From: Eubacteriales bacterium | GTDB lineage: Bacteria; Bacillota; Clostridia; Oscillospirales; SIG627 | Reading direction: 5' to 3' | Length of the DNA: 64,000 nucleotides | Assembly (NCBI GenBank): GCA_045631145.1 | Contig: JAZQUE010000074.1 | Coordinates: forward strand, 3,065-67,064 | In this document: piece by piece, positions 16,737 through 26,482 of the stretch | Layout: each line of letters begins with the position of its first letter | Numbering within the stretch: the first letter of the stretch is position 1 | The notes under the pieces: model-generated | Databases searched by the model: none | The model's input: the letters and a program-made list of their open reading frames with translations, nothing else | Told to the model about the DNA's origin: nothing | Made by a program: the position numbers and the translations under genes

Positions 16737-19700
16737 TTACCATTTTATACGATTTACCCACCATACCTCGGTTGTGACATTGTTTATCGCACACTTGCAG
16801 AACACGGCAATCAACATCTGCCCGCCACCGACATCGTAATAGTCGTTCTCCGTGTTATCGTCGTAAATATGCTGACCGCTTCGAGGATAAACACGCATTT
16901 TTCCGTCGTTTATCTGTTTGAGGAACACTATCTGTCCCTCACGGGTTGCGGCAGGGAGATATGTTACGCACGTTCCTGTTGCAAAACTAACCACCAATGA
17001 ATCGCTGTCATAGATATACTTTGACGTTACCGTTGTTCCGATTGTTTCAACGTTCAGCACAAGACCGTAAGCTTTCAGGTTATAGAACGCACCACCATAA
17101 TATGGGGCTGTTCCGCTGTTGGAAGCATTACCGTACACTCCCGCCAACATTTCCTGATCTGCGCCCATACTCCAAGCACTCTTATTCAAGTTACCGTAGC
17201 CCAATCCGACCAACGCTGCACGCTGTGTATATCCCGACGAAGCAGCTACACATTGCGTTCCTGCTCGATTTGCAAACACCCCCGTAGGAGAGATATAACT
17301 AACAGCACTATATCCGCTATTTGCTCGTGCCTCAATAGTACCGCTATTTGCGTCGAGCGTGATGTTCGAGCCGAGCGATTCCTGCGAGTAGTCGCCGCCT
17401 GATGAAGCCGAAGTAATCTTTATGCGACTGTTCTTTGCATCGAGTTCGATTTTGTTTCCGTTCTCGAGCGTCGAAACAATCTTGCCGCCACTAATGAACC
17501 AATCTCCGATATTGGCGTTTTCAGCCAATAACAGGTTTGTGGCTACACTCTCAAACGACGCTCCGAACGAGTTCCAATAGGAAGTGTTCGTTGGAGCTTT
17601 CCCGTTGAATGTCCCTGCGTCAATTCGTGCGATGTAATAAGTGTCGCCATACTTCACACAGTCAAGGCGGTTACTGTTTCCGTAGTAGGTTTTACCGCTG
17701 TCGTACTGCCCCCTGAACACCATAACAGGACTTTTCCCGTTCGCTCCGTCCTTGCCGTCGTAAGGTGTCATACGAATAGGCGTACTCCATTGTGAAACGA
17801 GAGCCGAACCGTCGCCCGTCTTTACGGCAAGCGTCATCCACAGGTATTGTGCCGTACCAACGCTTGGAACCGTTGTCGTCCAACCCGACGGATTGAGATC
17901 TGTTTTAGAGAGTGACGGAGCTGATGTAGTAGAACCATTCACAGCAAAACGGAGTTCGGTATAATTGCCGTCGCCTCCGTCGTCGCCTGTATCTCCCTTA
18001 TCGCCTTTCTCGCCCTTGATACTTCCGACATTTTCCCATTTTGAGCCGTTCCAAACATACAGGTTGCCACCGATGATGTATGCGTCACCCGCTGTTCCTG
18101 TCTTCGGCAGTTCTGATTCGCTTGCCAAAGTTCCTTTGATTGAAACGCTCGTTCCGTCCGCTCCGTCCTGTCCCTTTGAACCCGCAGCGATAATCTGCCA
18201 ATATGTAGAGCTTGTCGGAGCTACACCTTTTGCGGGGGTCGCATATATGTAGCGATAGGTCGATGTCAGCCCTGCAACCGTATATGTTACCTCGTCGCCC
18301 TGATAATAGGTGTAGGCGGCATTGTAAACTCCACGATAGCAGCCCAAGTATTCCTCCGCACCGCTTTGGCTCTGCACGATTGTACCCTGCAAACGCAGCT
18401 TCCCGTCGCCCTGTGAGTTGAAGTCAAACACGTTGCCGAGTCTCATAGCATTATTGAGCATATCGAAATATGATGTGCCCGAACCCGATACGATGCGGTC
18501 TGTGGTTATACGCCCTGGCAGTACTTCCGTGAATCCGTACAGTGAAGCGAAAGAACGTTCCTCGTCGTACTCACTGTTCAGCACACCCACGAGAAGATGA
18601 TAATAGCCTGACACGGCTTGCATTTTGATTGCCGTTTCAGACAGTACAAACTCGCCCGTTTCGTCGGCTGTCGAGCATTTCGCATACAGGTAGTATTTCT
18701 TTGTTCCGTCAGTCATAATGGCGGAGGTAAAAGCAGGAAGCGACCACACCTTGTATCCGCTGTGGGAAGAAGAAATATCCTTTATCCCGAGTGTCAGGTG
18801 CTGAATGAAACTTGCTCCGATTTTGAGTTGTTTGTTCGTTCCGTCCCAAACAACTGTGTCCGCCACCTGTGTGAAGTTTGTCAGGCTCTTTACGAAACGG
18901 AACTGCAAGCTCTCGTCGCCGACAAGCATTGACATCGTTTGAACGGCAATCGGGTTGATTGAGTTCGTGAAGTTGTCGAGCAGGGCTTCCTCCAACATCG
19001 AGATAGTTTCCCTTGCATCACGGAAGCGGCGTTTCGTGTACTGTATAGCGTCACGGTGGTAGTCCTCGACCAACACCTCCTCACTCTGCAGCTCCTTGAG
19101 TGTAGTCGAAAAACCGCTTGTCACGGTTGAATTGGATAGCGTCAATACAGGACTGTGCGGCTTGTTGATGTAGTCCTTTATGCCTGTGATACGCACAAGG
19201 ACACCCTCTTTTTGGAAGCGTTCGTCGCTGAACTTGATATAGCCGCCGAGCTTGATTTTCCCGCCAATGTTTACCCAATCCTTTTTCGACCAAATGCCGT
19301 CGAGTTCGCCTGTGAACGAGAACTTCACTTCCTCGTTATCGAACAGGTATTTCACGCCCGCACGGAACATATCCCACGAAGCACCCGATTTCGTTGCATT
19401 GTCACAGATATATGCGTCGGGAAGCATACAGTTGAACACGGCGTACGTGTCGCCCGCTTTCGGGGCAAATACGGCGTTCGGCATTGTCTGCCCGTAAATC
19501 TCCTGTGGCACGATTTCAAAACGACGTGCCGCCTGTTCCTTGCTTGTACCGACGTTCTTTGCCTCGTGAACGTACTTTACCTCGAACTCCTTGCCCGCAA
19601 GCATACCTGATTGGAACTTCACGGTCATAGTTTCGCCCGCTATCAGGTAGTCCTCATAATTCAACGTCGAGGGTATGCTGCTATCCACGATGTCATAGAA

Positions 19701-20612
19701 GCTTTCTTTCTCATCAACGACAACCACCTTTGAGATAGTGCCGACACGCTTTGGATAAATCTCCGAGCAGTCGAGGCTGTCTTCCGCAAGGCTTGTCAGC
19801 TGTTTGTCTGCTCGACGGATAGACAAGCCCAAATCATCTGTGATGTATGTTCGGGCGTTCGAGGCGTTGAAACCTCCCTCGTCCTCGAAATACTTACCGT
19901 CATAGGCTATTTGTTGGAGCTTCGGCAGGAGCAGTTCGTTATTTCCGTACTTGCTTCGGTCGATGTTCTCCACGCCGCCCTGTATAAACAGGATTTCGAC
20001 GGGTACATTGTCGCCATAATTACCTCGCCCGACGTTCGGCTTGAAGCCGTTGCCACGCCCGTATGAAAGGGCGAGAGGGCTGTTCTTGTTATACTCTATC
20101 TTGCGAAGCGAAGCCACCTTACCGTTGAACTCAAATTCGGTTTTCAGCTCCGCAGCCATTTGGGCGATTGCCTCATAGCAAAAAGCGTGATCATAGCTGA
20201 TAAGGACTTCCGCTCCGTCGATACACTCGCCGACAGTCCAACCGCTGTCACGACGGTTCATATTATCGACGAACATCTGCAAATGCTCTTTCGGCTTTGC
20301 TGTCAGGGAGAATTTCAGCCTACCGTCCACCGTGTTACGAAACTTCCATATCTTGGCTTTCGCCTCGGCGGATTCCATAATGACGGTGTACTCGAAATTG
20401 CGGCTGTGCTTCATCTTGAAGCTCTCGGGACGCATAAGGGTGTACCGCACATTCTCGAAGTTGCAATAAGCCCCGACAGGTATTTCTACGTGCTCGGCAA
20501 GGCTGTAATGAAGCGTGATATTATGGTCGCCCATTATAACCCTGTTTCGGTAGCTGTTATCATCAACTGTCACGTCAAGAACCTTGCGTCCCTCACTGTC
20601 GTATATTGTCAT
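16737..20612 (-). CDS. tail tip / host-specificity protein (Tal-like) with collagen-like triplets
   Basis: 1291 aa. The N-terminus resembles siphovirus tail-associated proteins. Gly-X-Y runs GEKGDKGDTGDDGGDG and GKDGANGKS. Placed by position after Dit in the tail module. Confidence 0.65.
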   Translation of the reverse strand: MTIYDSEGRKVLDVTVDDNSYRNRVIMGDHNITLHYSLAEHVEIPVGAYCNFENVRYTLMRPESFKMKHSRNFEYTVIMESAEAKAKIWKFRNTVDGRLKFSLTAKPKEHLQMFVDNMNRRDSGWTVGECIDGAEVLISYDHAFCYEAIAQMAAELKTEFEFNGKVASLRKIEYNKNSPLALSYGRGNGFKPNVGRGNYGDNVPVEILFIQGGVENIDRSKYGNNELLLPKLQQIAYDGKYFEDEGGFNASNARTYITDDLGLSIRRADKQLTSLAEDSLDCSEIYPKRVGTISKVVVVDEKESFYDIVDSSIPSTLNYEDYLIAGETMTVKFQSGMLAGKEFEVKYVHEAKNVGTSKEQAARRFEIVPQEIYGQTMPNAVFAPKAGDTYAVFNCMLPDAYICDNATKSGASWDMFRAGVKYLFDNEEVKFSFTGELDGIWSKKDWVNIGGKIKLGGYIKFSDERFQKEGVLVRITGIKDYINKPHSPVLTLSNSTVTSGFSTTLKELQSEEVLVEDYHRDAIQYTKRRFRDARETISMLEEALLDNFTNSINPIAVQTMSMLVGDESLQFRFVKSLTNFTQVADTVVWDGTNKQLKIGASFIQHLTLGIKDISSSHSGYKVWSLPAFTSAIMTDGTKKYYLYAKCSTADETGEFVLSETAIKMQAVSGYYHLLVGVLNSEYDEERSFASLYGFTEVLPGRITTDRIVSGSGTSYFDMLNNAMRLGNVFDFNSQGDGKLRLQGTIVQSQSGAEEYLGCYRGVYNAAYTYYQGDEVTYTVAGLTSTYRYIYATPAKGVAPTSSTYWQIIAAGSKGQDGADGTSVSIKGTLASESELPKTGTAGDAYIIGGNLYVWNGSKWENVGSIKGEKGDKGDTGDDGGDGNYTELRFAVNGSTTSAPSLSKTDLNPSGWTTTVPSVGTAQYLWMTLAVKTGDGSALVSQWSTPIRMTPYDGKDGANGKSPVMVFRGQYDSGKTYYGNSNRLDCVKYGDTYYIARIDAGTFNGKAPTNTSYWNSFGASFESVATNLLLAENANIGDWFISGGKIVSTLENGNKIELDAKNSRIKITSASSGGDYSQESLGSNITLDANSGTIEARANSGYSAVSYISPTGVFANRAGTQCVAASSGYTQRAALVGLGYGNLNKSAWSMGADQEMLAGVYGNASNSGTAPYYGGAFYNLKAYGLVLNVETIGTTVTSKYIYDSDSLVVSFATGTCVTYLPAATREGQIVFLKQINDGKMRVYPRSGQHIYDDNTENDYYDVGGGQMLIAVFCKCAINNVTTEVWWVNRIKW

Positions 20613-20689
20613 TTTACCTCCTGTTTTTGATTGTTAGTACTCTGTACCGAAAACCTCCCCACACAACGGGGGAGGCTCGATACCTGATG

Positions 20690-21067
20690 TTAGTTGATAC
20701 CCAATTCGGCACAGTCAGCGTCCACCTGTGTTTTGACTGCGTTACGCTCTGTGAGGAACGCTTTGTAGGCGGCTACCTTTGCGGCGGCTGTTTCCTCGTC
20801 GTAAACACCCAACTGTGCGGCGTTGTACTCGTTTACCAACTTCTGTTCGTAGTTGCTGTCCCACAGCTCACTGATTACAGCTTCGGTAATCTTGTTTGAG
20901 GTCACGGGTGCCCATACGGTCACTTCCTGACATTTCCACTGTGTGGTTGGCTCGCCGCCCTCCTCGTGTGCGGGCTGTTCCATTTCTACGATGTCCCAAC
21001 GGTATTTGTAGCTACCGTTTCCTACTGCCTCCAATACAGAGGGCTTGTGGTCATAAAATGCTTGCAT
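20690..21067 (-). CDS. hypothetical acidic protein (125 aa)
   Basis: Clean ORF between the RT and the tail tip gene. No motif recognised. Confidence 0.45.
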   Translation of the reverse strand: MQAFYDHKPSVLEAVGNGSYKYRWDIVEMEQPAHEEGGEPTTQWKCQEVTVWAPVTSNKITEAVISELWDSNYEQKLVNEYNAAQLGVYDEETAAAKVAAYKAFLTERNAVKTQVDADCAELGIN

Positions 21068-22072
21068 AATACTCTTTTTTAATGATTGATTTCAACAAAT
21101 GCTTACTGTTACTGTGTTTTGCCCAACCGAGCCAAGAGCAAATCCCTTGTTTATACTCCTTTGGTGGGAGCGGTGGGGTGCGTTTGTTCAGGCGGGCAAC
21201 GTGGCGGCAGAAATTCTTCTTGATACTTTTCCTGATGAGCTTCTGTTCACGGTAGAACTTGTAGCCGACATAATCAAGGGCACGTCCGCTTTTGTCGTAG
21301 CGGTTCTTTGCGATTGGGAACACCTGATAATTGCTTTTCACTTTCAAGTCCAAATCAGCCAAAAACGGCTAATCTCCTTGAATGCTTCGTGCAGCTTCTC
21401 TTTGCTGTCGCTAAAGAAACAGATGTCGTCGGCATACTCCGTTGCTTCGAGTTTCAGAACCTCGTTCACGAAGTGCATAAAGTAGGCAAGAAAAAGATTT
21501 GCCAAGAACTGTGACAGGTAATTTCCGATAGGTAAGCCCTCCGCACTGTCGATTATCTCGTCCAACAGCCACAGCAGGTCTTTATCTTTGATTTTCTTTC
21601 GGACAACCCGTTTCAGTACATCGTGGTTGATTGAGGGGTAGAACTTCTTGATGTCGATTTTCAGGCAATACAGGGGCTTACCCTTGTACTTTTTGATTAT
21701 CTTATCCACCTGTCGGGCACAGCCCTCAATGCCACGTTTCTTGATACACGAATACGTATTGTGCGTGAACACCTTGCTCCATATCGGTTCAAGGACATTC
21801 ATTACGGCGTGATGAACAATTCTGTCGGGATAATACGGGAGGCGGAAAATCAGCCTTTCTTTCGGCTCAAATACCGTAAACCTGTCATATTCCGAGGTCT
21901 TGAACGTCTTTGTCCGCAACGCCTCGTGTAGGGCAATGATATTCGCTTCACGGTTCTTATCGTGATGTCGAACTCCGTATGTGCGGAGCTTCCCACGTCG
22001 AGCCTTTTCATCAGCCCGACGCAGGTTCTCCACGGAGATTATCTGTTCGTATAAATTTCCTATACGCTTCAT
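21051..22072 (-). CDS. DGR reverse transcriptase, reading frame interrupted at a homopolymer
   Basis: MKRIGNLYEQIISVENLRRADEKARRGK N-terminus. DGR-specific motif LPIGNYLSQFLANLFL (IGxxxSQ). Catalytic YADD. The thumb region (LDYVGYKFYREQKLIRK) continues in another frame after the A5 run at 21361-21365. Confidence 0.85.
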
Positions 22073-22224
22073 TGCTTTGCTTTTCTTAATCGGAGTCTTC
22101 GATAGCCCATACAACAGGCATTTCTACCAACACCTTTCTGATTTGAGAAATCTTTTACCAAGAGGTAAGGTCGTCGCTCTTTTATTCTTTTATATTGCTT
22201 CGAGCCTTTGACAGCCCGCTTGAA

Positions 22225-22340
22225 AATCAGAGGTGAGAGCCGATGTTCGCATTCGTATTCGAGGGCACGTTATTCGAGTTCGCATAGGCGAAGCCTGCAT
22301 TCGCACCGTTATTCGCATTACCGCCGAACAGGACACCACA
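22225..22340 (-). repeat. DGR template repeat (TR)
   Basis: Aligns base-for-base with VR1 at an offset of 547 nt. 14 differences, of which 13 fall on TR plus-strand T, i.e. coding-strand A. TR codes an Asn-rich AAY-codon stretch (GGNANNGANAGFAYANSNNVPSNTNANIG). Confidence 0.85.
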
Positions 22341-22362
22341 AGAACGACCAACCTGTTATTTT

Positions 22363-22713
22363 TCACTCGAAATAGTATCTGTTACCGTTTCCTCGTAATG
22401 TTACTCTCCTCGGGAATTTGTTCAGCTCCTTAATCTTCTGCAAGATGTAGAGAATGTCAGCTGAACCCGTGAAGAACTTTTTCGCAGCACTGTCGGGGCT
22501 GTCCTTTTCAGGCTTGATTTTGACAAGCGTCTGACCTTTGTTCCCCTTTGCCTTGCTGAACTTCGTCGGAACGTCCTCGATGAAATCCACTACCCAAAAG
22601 GTTGTGTTCACGAGCTTGCTCTGCGTCGTTTCATCACAGTTGAAACTGCGGTTGTTCTCATCACGAGGAATTTTCAGGCATTCCAAAGAGCCGTCGTCAA
22701 TAATAGTTTCCAT
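22363..22713 (-). CDS. hypothetical protein in the Avd (DGR accessory) position
   Basis: 116-aa ORF between the VR1 target gene and TR. The sequence does not look like a basic four-helix Avd. Confidence 0.5.
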   Translation of the reverse strand: METIIDDGSLECLKIPRDENNRSFNCDETTQSKLVNTTFWVVDFIEDVPTKFSKAKGNKGQTLVKIKPEKDSPDSAAKKFFTGSADILYILQKIKELNKFPRRVTLRGNGNRYYFE

Positions 22714-22758
22714 ATCCTTATACAGTTAAATGGTTAGACGTGTACTCGTGGGGACGGG

Positions 22759-24201
22759 TTATCGAGGCAAAAAGCAAAGGCGAGAGCCGAAGTACGCAAG
22801 CGTAGAAGAGGGCACGTTAGTCGAGTACGCATAGGCGAAGCCCGCACCCGCACCGTAATTCGCATTACCGCCGAACAGGACACCACGGAGGGTTTCAGAG
22901 GTCGGGATGTTGGTATAGTGATAGTCACAATGGTAGGTAGTAGAACCGCCCCCAATTTCAGACGGCATAATCTCGCCATACTCTCCGAAGATAACCTGTT
23001 TCACGTAACCCTCTGCACGGGCTTCATTGCCGACGTGGCTGTAACCTGTGTAGCTGCTGTCTGTGAACTTTGACGGGTCGCTGCATACGAACACCTTGCT
23101 CAAATCGTCGCCGCCGTTGGCTGATGTCGGGCTGATACGGACATTGATACCGTCAGTCCACTGCCAAATATGCCCGAACGGATTTTCAACACCTCTGTAT
23201 CGAGGAACCTGTACCTCAATAGTGTTGTTTGAATCATACTCGGTCGGCATAGTGTATATTACCTCGCCTGTGTTGTTACCGAGGCTGTCGGTTGTTCCGC
23301 AAGGGATAACAGGATTGTAGCCGTTGAATGTACTCCACAGTGTACTGTTCAGGTTCGTTACGCCTGAACCCAAACCGCCCTGACGCAAGCCCTCGGAGGT
23401 CAAAACAGGGTTGTACGCCGCCTGTGTATTGAGTGTGGCGTATTCTGTCACGAACAGCCAATAGAGGGTTTTCTGTACGTCATACGTCATACAGTTCCAC
23501 TCGGTCGAGGTGGTCTTACGGTTACGGGCGTACTTACGGAAGTTCGTGCGGCTGATACTTGTTGCGGGCATACCGAGCATACTTCTGTATGTGCCGTCCC
23601 ATTCTGTGTTGTTGCCGCCACCTCGATAATCGACCGAAGTGTTCTTCACGGAGGCGAGCTTTGAGGTTGAACGCTGAACGGTTGCCTCGTAAGCTGATAC
23701 ATAACACCTTGGTACGGCGTGATAACCCGCAAGAGGCAGTTCGCTGATACGCACACGACGTTTGTTACCGTCGGTTTCAAACTTGCGGAAATGGGCGGGT
23801 ATTTCGACCATAACCTGACCTCGTGAACCGTCAAGGACATTGCCCGTCCAATCGTTAGGGTTCAGGTATTCCACTACATTGCCGTCGTCGTCAAGCAGAC
23901 AGCCTTTCATACGGCTGTGTACGGGTAGGCTCTTGTGCAGGTTGGTGTTTCCGATACGGGTACAGGTCGGCGATGATACTGTAACGTCAAACTCGACACC
24001 GTATGAACAATCGTCCTCCAAATAGGGGAGGAGGCTTGCGAGAGCCGCTTTCTTACTTTCTCCGTCCTCGTCGAGAACTTCGCAAAACAGGTTGTAAGGG
24101 TTAGTTCCCTCTACTTCGGGTAAGTCGCTCAAACGCTTACCGTTCTGAAACGCCTCGATGATCTGTTCGAGGATAGCTTCTTGTGCTTCTGTAAAAGCCA
24201 T
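22759..24201 (-). CDS. DGR target protein (C-type-lectin-fold-like variable C-terminus), probable receptor-binding protein
   Basis: C-terminus LFGGNANYGAGAGFAYAYSTNVPSSTLAYFGSRLCFLPR is encoded by VR1. Located in the tail module. Confidence 0.8.
   Translation of the reverse strand: MAFTEAQEAILEQIIEAFQNGKRLSDLPEVEGTNPYNLFCEVLDEDGESKKAALASLLPYLEDDCSYGVEFDVTVSSPTCTRIGNTNLHKSLPVHSRMKGCLLDDDGNVVEYLNPNDWTGNVLDGSRGQVMVEIPAHFRKFETDGNKRRVRISELPLAGYHAVPRCYVSAYEATVQRSTSKLASVKNTSVDYRGGGNNTEWDGTYRSMLGMPATSISRTNFRKYARNRKTTSTEWNCMTYDVQKTLYWLFVTEYATLNTQAAYNPVLTSEGLRQGGLGSGVTNLNSTLWSTFNGYNPVIPCGTTDSLGNNTGEVIYTMPTEYDSNNTIEVQVPRYRGVENPFGHIWQWTDGINVRISPTSANGGDDLSKVFVCSDPSKFTDSSYTGYSHVGNEARAEGYVKQVIFGEYGEIMPSEIGGGSTTYHCDYHYTNIPTSETLRGVLFGGNANYGAGAGFAYAYSTNVPSSTLAYFGSRLCFLPR
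22772..22887 (-). repeat. DGR variable repeat VR1 (3' end of target gene)
   Basis: See the TR feature. The 3' boundary block aagcaaaggcgagagccga is shared exactly with VR2 but differs from TR at 3 positions, consistent with IMH versus IMH*. A hairpin ACTCGT-GGGG-ACGGGT at 22744-22759 follows the stop. Confidence 0.85.
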
Positions 24202-24233
24202 AATCTAAAAGTTTTAATGGTTGAACAATGATT

Positions 24234-25034
24234 TTAATTCAATCGTAACGCTCCGCCCTGTGTGAAACGTAGCTGCTTACGGGTGTTTACCATACGGAGC
24301 GACGGAGCTGTAACCTCAATCTGCAGCGTCTTGGCGAGAGCCGTGTTCATCGTCGGAATGACGTGTACCGTGCTTCTGCCCTTTGCCACAACCTGAATAC
24401 GCCCGTCAGGGGCGACCGTTACCGCTTTGTTATCACATAGGAAGATTACATTTTTCAGCGTTCCTGCGGGCGTAAGAACAACGTTAATCGGCTTCGGGGA
24501 TAGGTTGCCAAATGTTATGCGTTCCATACACTCAACCTCCAACGTGAACGGCACAATGCCGCCGAAAGCGGCAAGGATTTCCGCTGTGGCATTGTTCGCT
24601 GCCGCCGTTGCCTCCTCGGCTTCCGCTGTGGCTTCCTTTGCCTCCTGTGTAGCCTTGTCAGCGTTGGTCGTCGCTGTGATTGCTTTCGCCGTTGCGGAGT
24701 CCGCATTTGAAGTTGCCGTCTTTGCCTTACCTGTTGCGTCGTCGGCGTTCTTTGTTGCCGTTTCCGCAGCCGTCGTTGCAGTTTTAGCCTTGTTTGTTGC
24801 ATCGACAGCGTTGTTAGTTGCCGTTACGGCATTGTTCTTGGCTGTCGTAGCCGCCGAAGCTGCATTGTTCGCTGCCGCCGTTGCTGCGTTCGCCTTGCTG
24901 ACAGCCTGTGTGGTTTCCTGTTCGACGAACTCCAAGGACACTTTGACGCTGTTGTTGTTAGCGTCCGTACCGATAGTAAACAGCCCTTTCAGGGTGCTGT
25001 ATAACGGTAGTTCTGAAATCTTGATTTTCTTCAT
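24234..25034 (-). CDS. tail fibre/whisker-like protein: Ala/Thr-rich coiled coil plus Ig-like C-terminal domain
   Basis: Long low-complexity helical repeat (ATAAANNAASAATTAKNNAVTATNNAVDATNKAKTATTAAETATKNADDA...). C-terminal beta-rich region resembles Big_2 (VTVAPDGRIQVVAKGRSTVHVI). Confidence 0.55.
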   Translation of the reverse strand: MKKIKISELPLYSTLKGLFTIGTDANNNSVKVSLEFVEQETTQAVSKANAATAAANNAASAATTAKNNAVTATNNAVDATNKAKTATTAAETATKNADDATGKAKTATSNADSATAKAITATTNADKATQEAKEATAEAEEATAAANNATAEILAAFGGIVPFTLEVECMERITFGNLSPKPINVVLTPAGTLKNVIFLCDNKAVTVAPDGRIQVVAKGRSTVHVIPTMNTALAKTLQIEVTAPSLRMVNTRKQLRFTQGGALRLN

Positions 25035-25045
25035 ATTCTTATCTG

Positions 25046-26056
25046 CTAATTGTTGAACCTTATACCTCCGTTACCTGTCAGGCGAATAGTCATACGGTCA
25101 TTGACAAGACGGACAGACGGAATGAGATATTTATCAGGACGCAACTCGATAGCGTATGTGCCGTCCTCTGTGAACACCACAATGCCGTCCTCGGAAGCGA
25201 GAACAATATCCTCCTCGCCGATACGAAAATCCTGCGTGAATGTAACTGTGAGCGTGAACTGCAACCATATCCTGTCTGTCGGGCAGAACTTCGTTACCTG
25301 ACAGCTCTTGTAGTGGAACAGGAACTCACGTTCCAAATCATCAACCCACAGCGACCGTTCATTCGGGCGAATCAGATCATACAGGAAAGCGTCATAGTTC
25401 CGCCACAACTCATCGAGCGTTTCAGCCCTCATCAGGCAGTACAGCTTCACGTCCTTGCTCTTGTAGGTTACCTGCTTTGCGTCATACTCTACACCTTTCT
25501 GTGTAGGGATATTTCGCAACAGGTTCGTTTTCACAACCGCCGAACGCACAATCTCATCATAGCTTCCCGTAAGGATACGCAACCCGTAGCTCGTGAAAGG
25601 CAACCCGTCAAAAGTGTAGTCGGCGGAGTACATCACGGAACTGTACGGAGCTTTGTAGCTATATCCGTCAAGCGGGAAGTCGTCGGCAAACTTCAATGTC
25701 GCTTGCCCGAGTATCTTAATGGCTTTCAGGTTCGGCTGCTGTGTGAGGCGAAGCCTGTAAACACGCCCGATTTCCGCACAACTGAATGTATGGTAAGCCC
25801 CGTCAGAGAGAACGTCGAGAAAATCGAACAGGGAGGAATACAAGCCCGAAATGGCGAACTTTATCGACACCTCACGGGTATTCAGAACGGGGGCTGATAG
25901 GTCAGCTTCAATGCCGTCCTCCTCCTGCCAATCGTTCTTTTCGACATCTTTCAACGGGGGAAAGGCTACAAGCTCATTATAGCCCCCCTCGACGACGTAC
26001 ATACCGAACTGTTTGTACACGTCGTAACCGTCCACATATAGAGCACCTGTCTTCAT
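25046..26056 (-). CDS. distal tail protein (Dit-like)
   Basis: 336 aa, lying between the tape measure gene and the fibre genes. The assignment is positional only. Confidence 0.45.
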   Translation of the reverse strand: MKTGALYVDGYDVYKQFGMYVVEGGYNELVAFPPLKDVEKNDWQEEDGIEADLSAPVLNTREVSIKFAISGLYSSLFDFLDVLSDGAYHTFSCAEIGRVYRLRLTQQPNLKAIKILGQATLKFADDFPLDGYSYKAPYSSVMYSADYTFDGLPFTSYGLRILTGSYDEIVRSAVVKTNLLRNIPTQKGVEYDAKQVTYKSKDVKLYCLMRAETLDELWRNYDAFLYDLIRPNERSLWVDDLEREFLFHYKSCQVTKFCPTDRIWLQFTLTVTFTQDFRIGEEDIVLASEDGIVVFTEDGTYAIELRPDKYLIPSVRLVNDRMTIRLTGNGGIRFNN

Positions 26057-26478
26057 AATATCAGAGCATTTTCAGAGGTGTTCTTCAAATAGGCACAGCC
26101 CTGTTCAGCTTTCACGAACACGACAGACCATTTCGACGCATTGATGTTCGCCCTCGCCCCGTGAAGCAACACAATCTCGTGGCGTTCGAGTTCCGAGCAG
26201 TTGATTGTCGCACTCGTCCGTCCGATAAGAATAGCACGTGTCGGGTTATTGAGAGTGATAGCCCCTGCGTCGATGTATATTCCGTAACGCTCGACGTTGT
26301 GCTTCTTGAACAGGCGGAGCGTGGCGATATTCGGGAAATGGTGTGTCATACAAAACTCCAATCCCTGTGTCGTCGTAAACAGGCGTATAATGCCCTGTAA
26401 GTCCTCCGTTCCTTTGAACAGAGGACAACAGCCTAACAGCTTGGCTTGGGCGTAGATGTTCTTTATAACCGATTCCAT
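26053..26478 (-). CDS. hypothetical tail-module protein (141 aa)
   Basis: ORF overlaps the next gene by 4 nt and starts 4 nt after the tape measure stop. Confidence 0.45.
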   Translation of the reverse strand: MESVIKNIYAQAKLLGCCPLFKGTEDLQGIIRLFTTTQGLEFCMTHHFPNIATLRLFKKHNVERYGIYIDAGAITLNNPTRAILIGRTSATINCSELERHEIVLLHGARANINASKWSVVFVKAEQGCAYLKNTSENALIL

Positions 26479-26482
26479 ATCG

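Noticed and set aside
17965-18252. Collagen-like Gly-X-Y region as a separate repeat feature or gene
   Set aside because: It is in frame within the 1291-aa tail tip protein. The + strand Pro/Ser-rich ORF is its antisense shadow.
21051-22114. Retron or group II intron interpretation of the reverse transcriptase
   Set aside because: The RT has the DGR-specific IGxxxSQ motif and is flanked by a TR/VR pair with adenine-specific mismatches. No intron RNA domains, maturase/endonuclease domain or retron msr/msd-like inverted repeats were seen.
22734-22979. 81-aa minus-strand ORF overlapping VR1 in another frame, and the + strand ORF 22233-22433 over TR
   Set aside because: These are artefacts of the repeat sequence. 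VR1 is in frame with the 480-aa target protein, and TR is expected to be non-coding.
24427-25056. 209-aa + strand ORF and the 95-aa Arg/Gln-rich minus-strand alternative frame (24515-24802) inside the Ala/Thr-rich fibre gene
   Set aside because: Low-complexity GC-rich repeats keep several frames open. Only the frame giving the coiled coil plus Ig-like domain is contiguous with the neighbouring tail genes.
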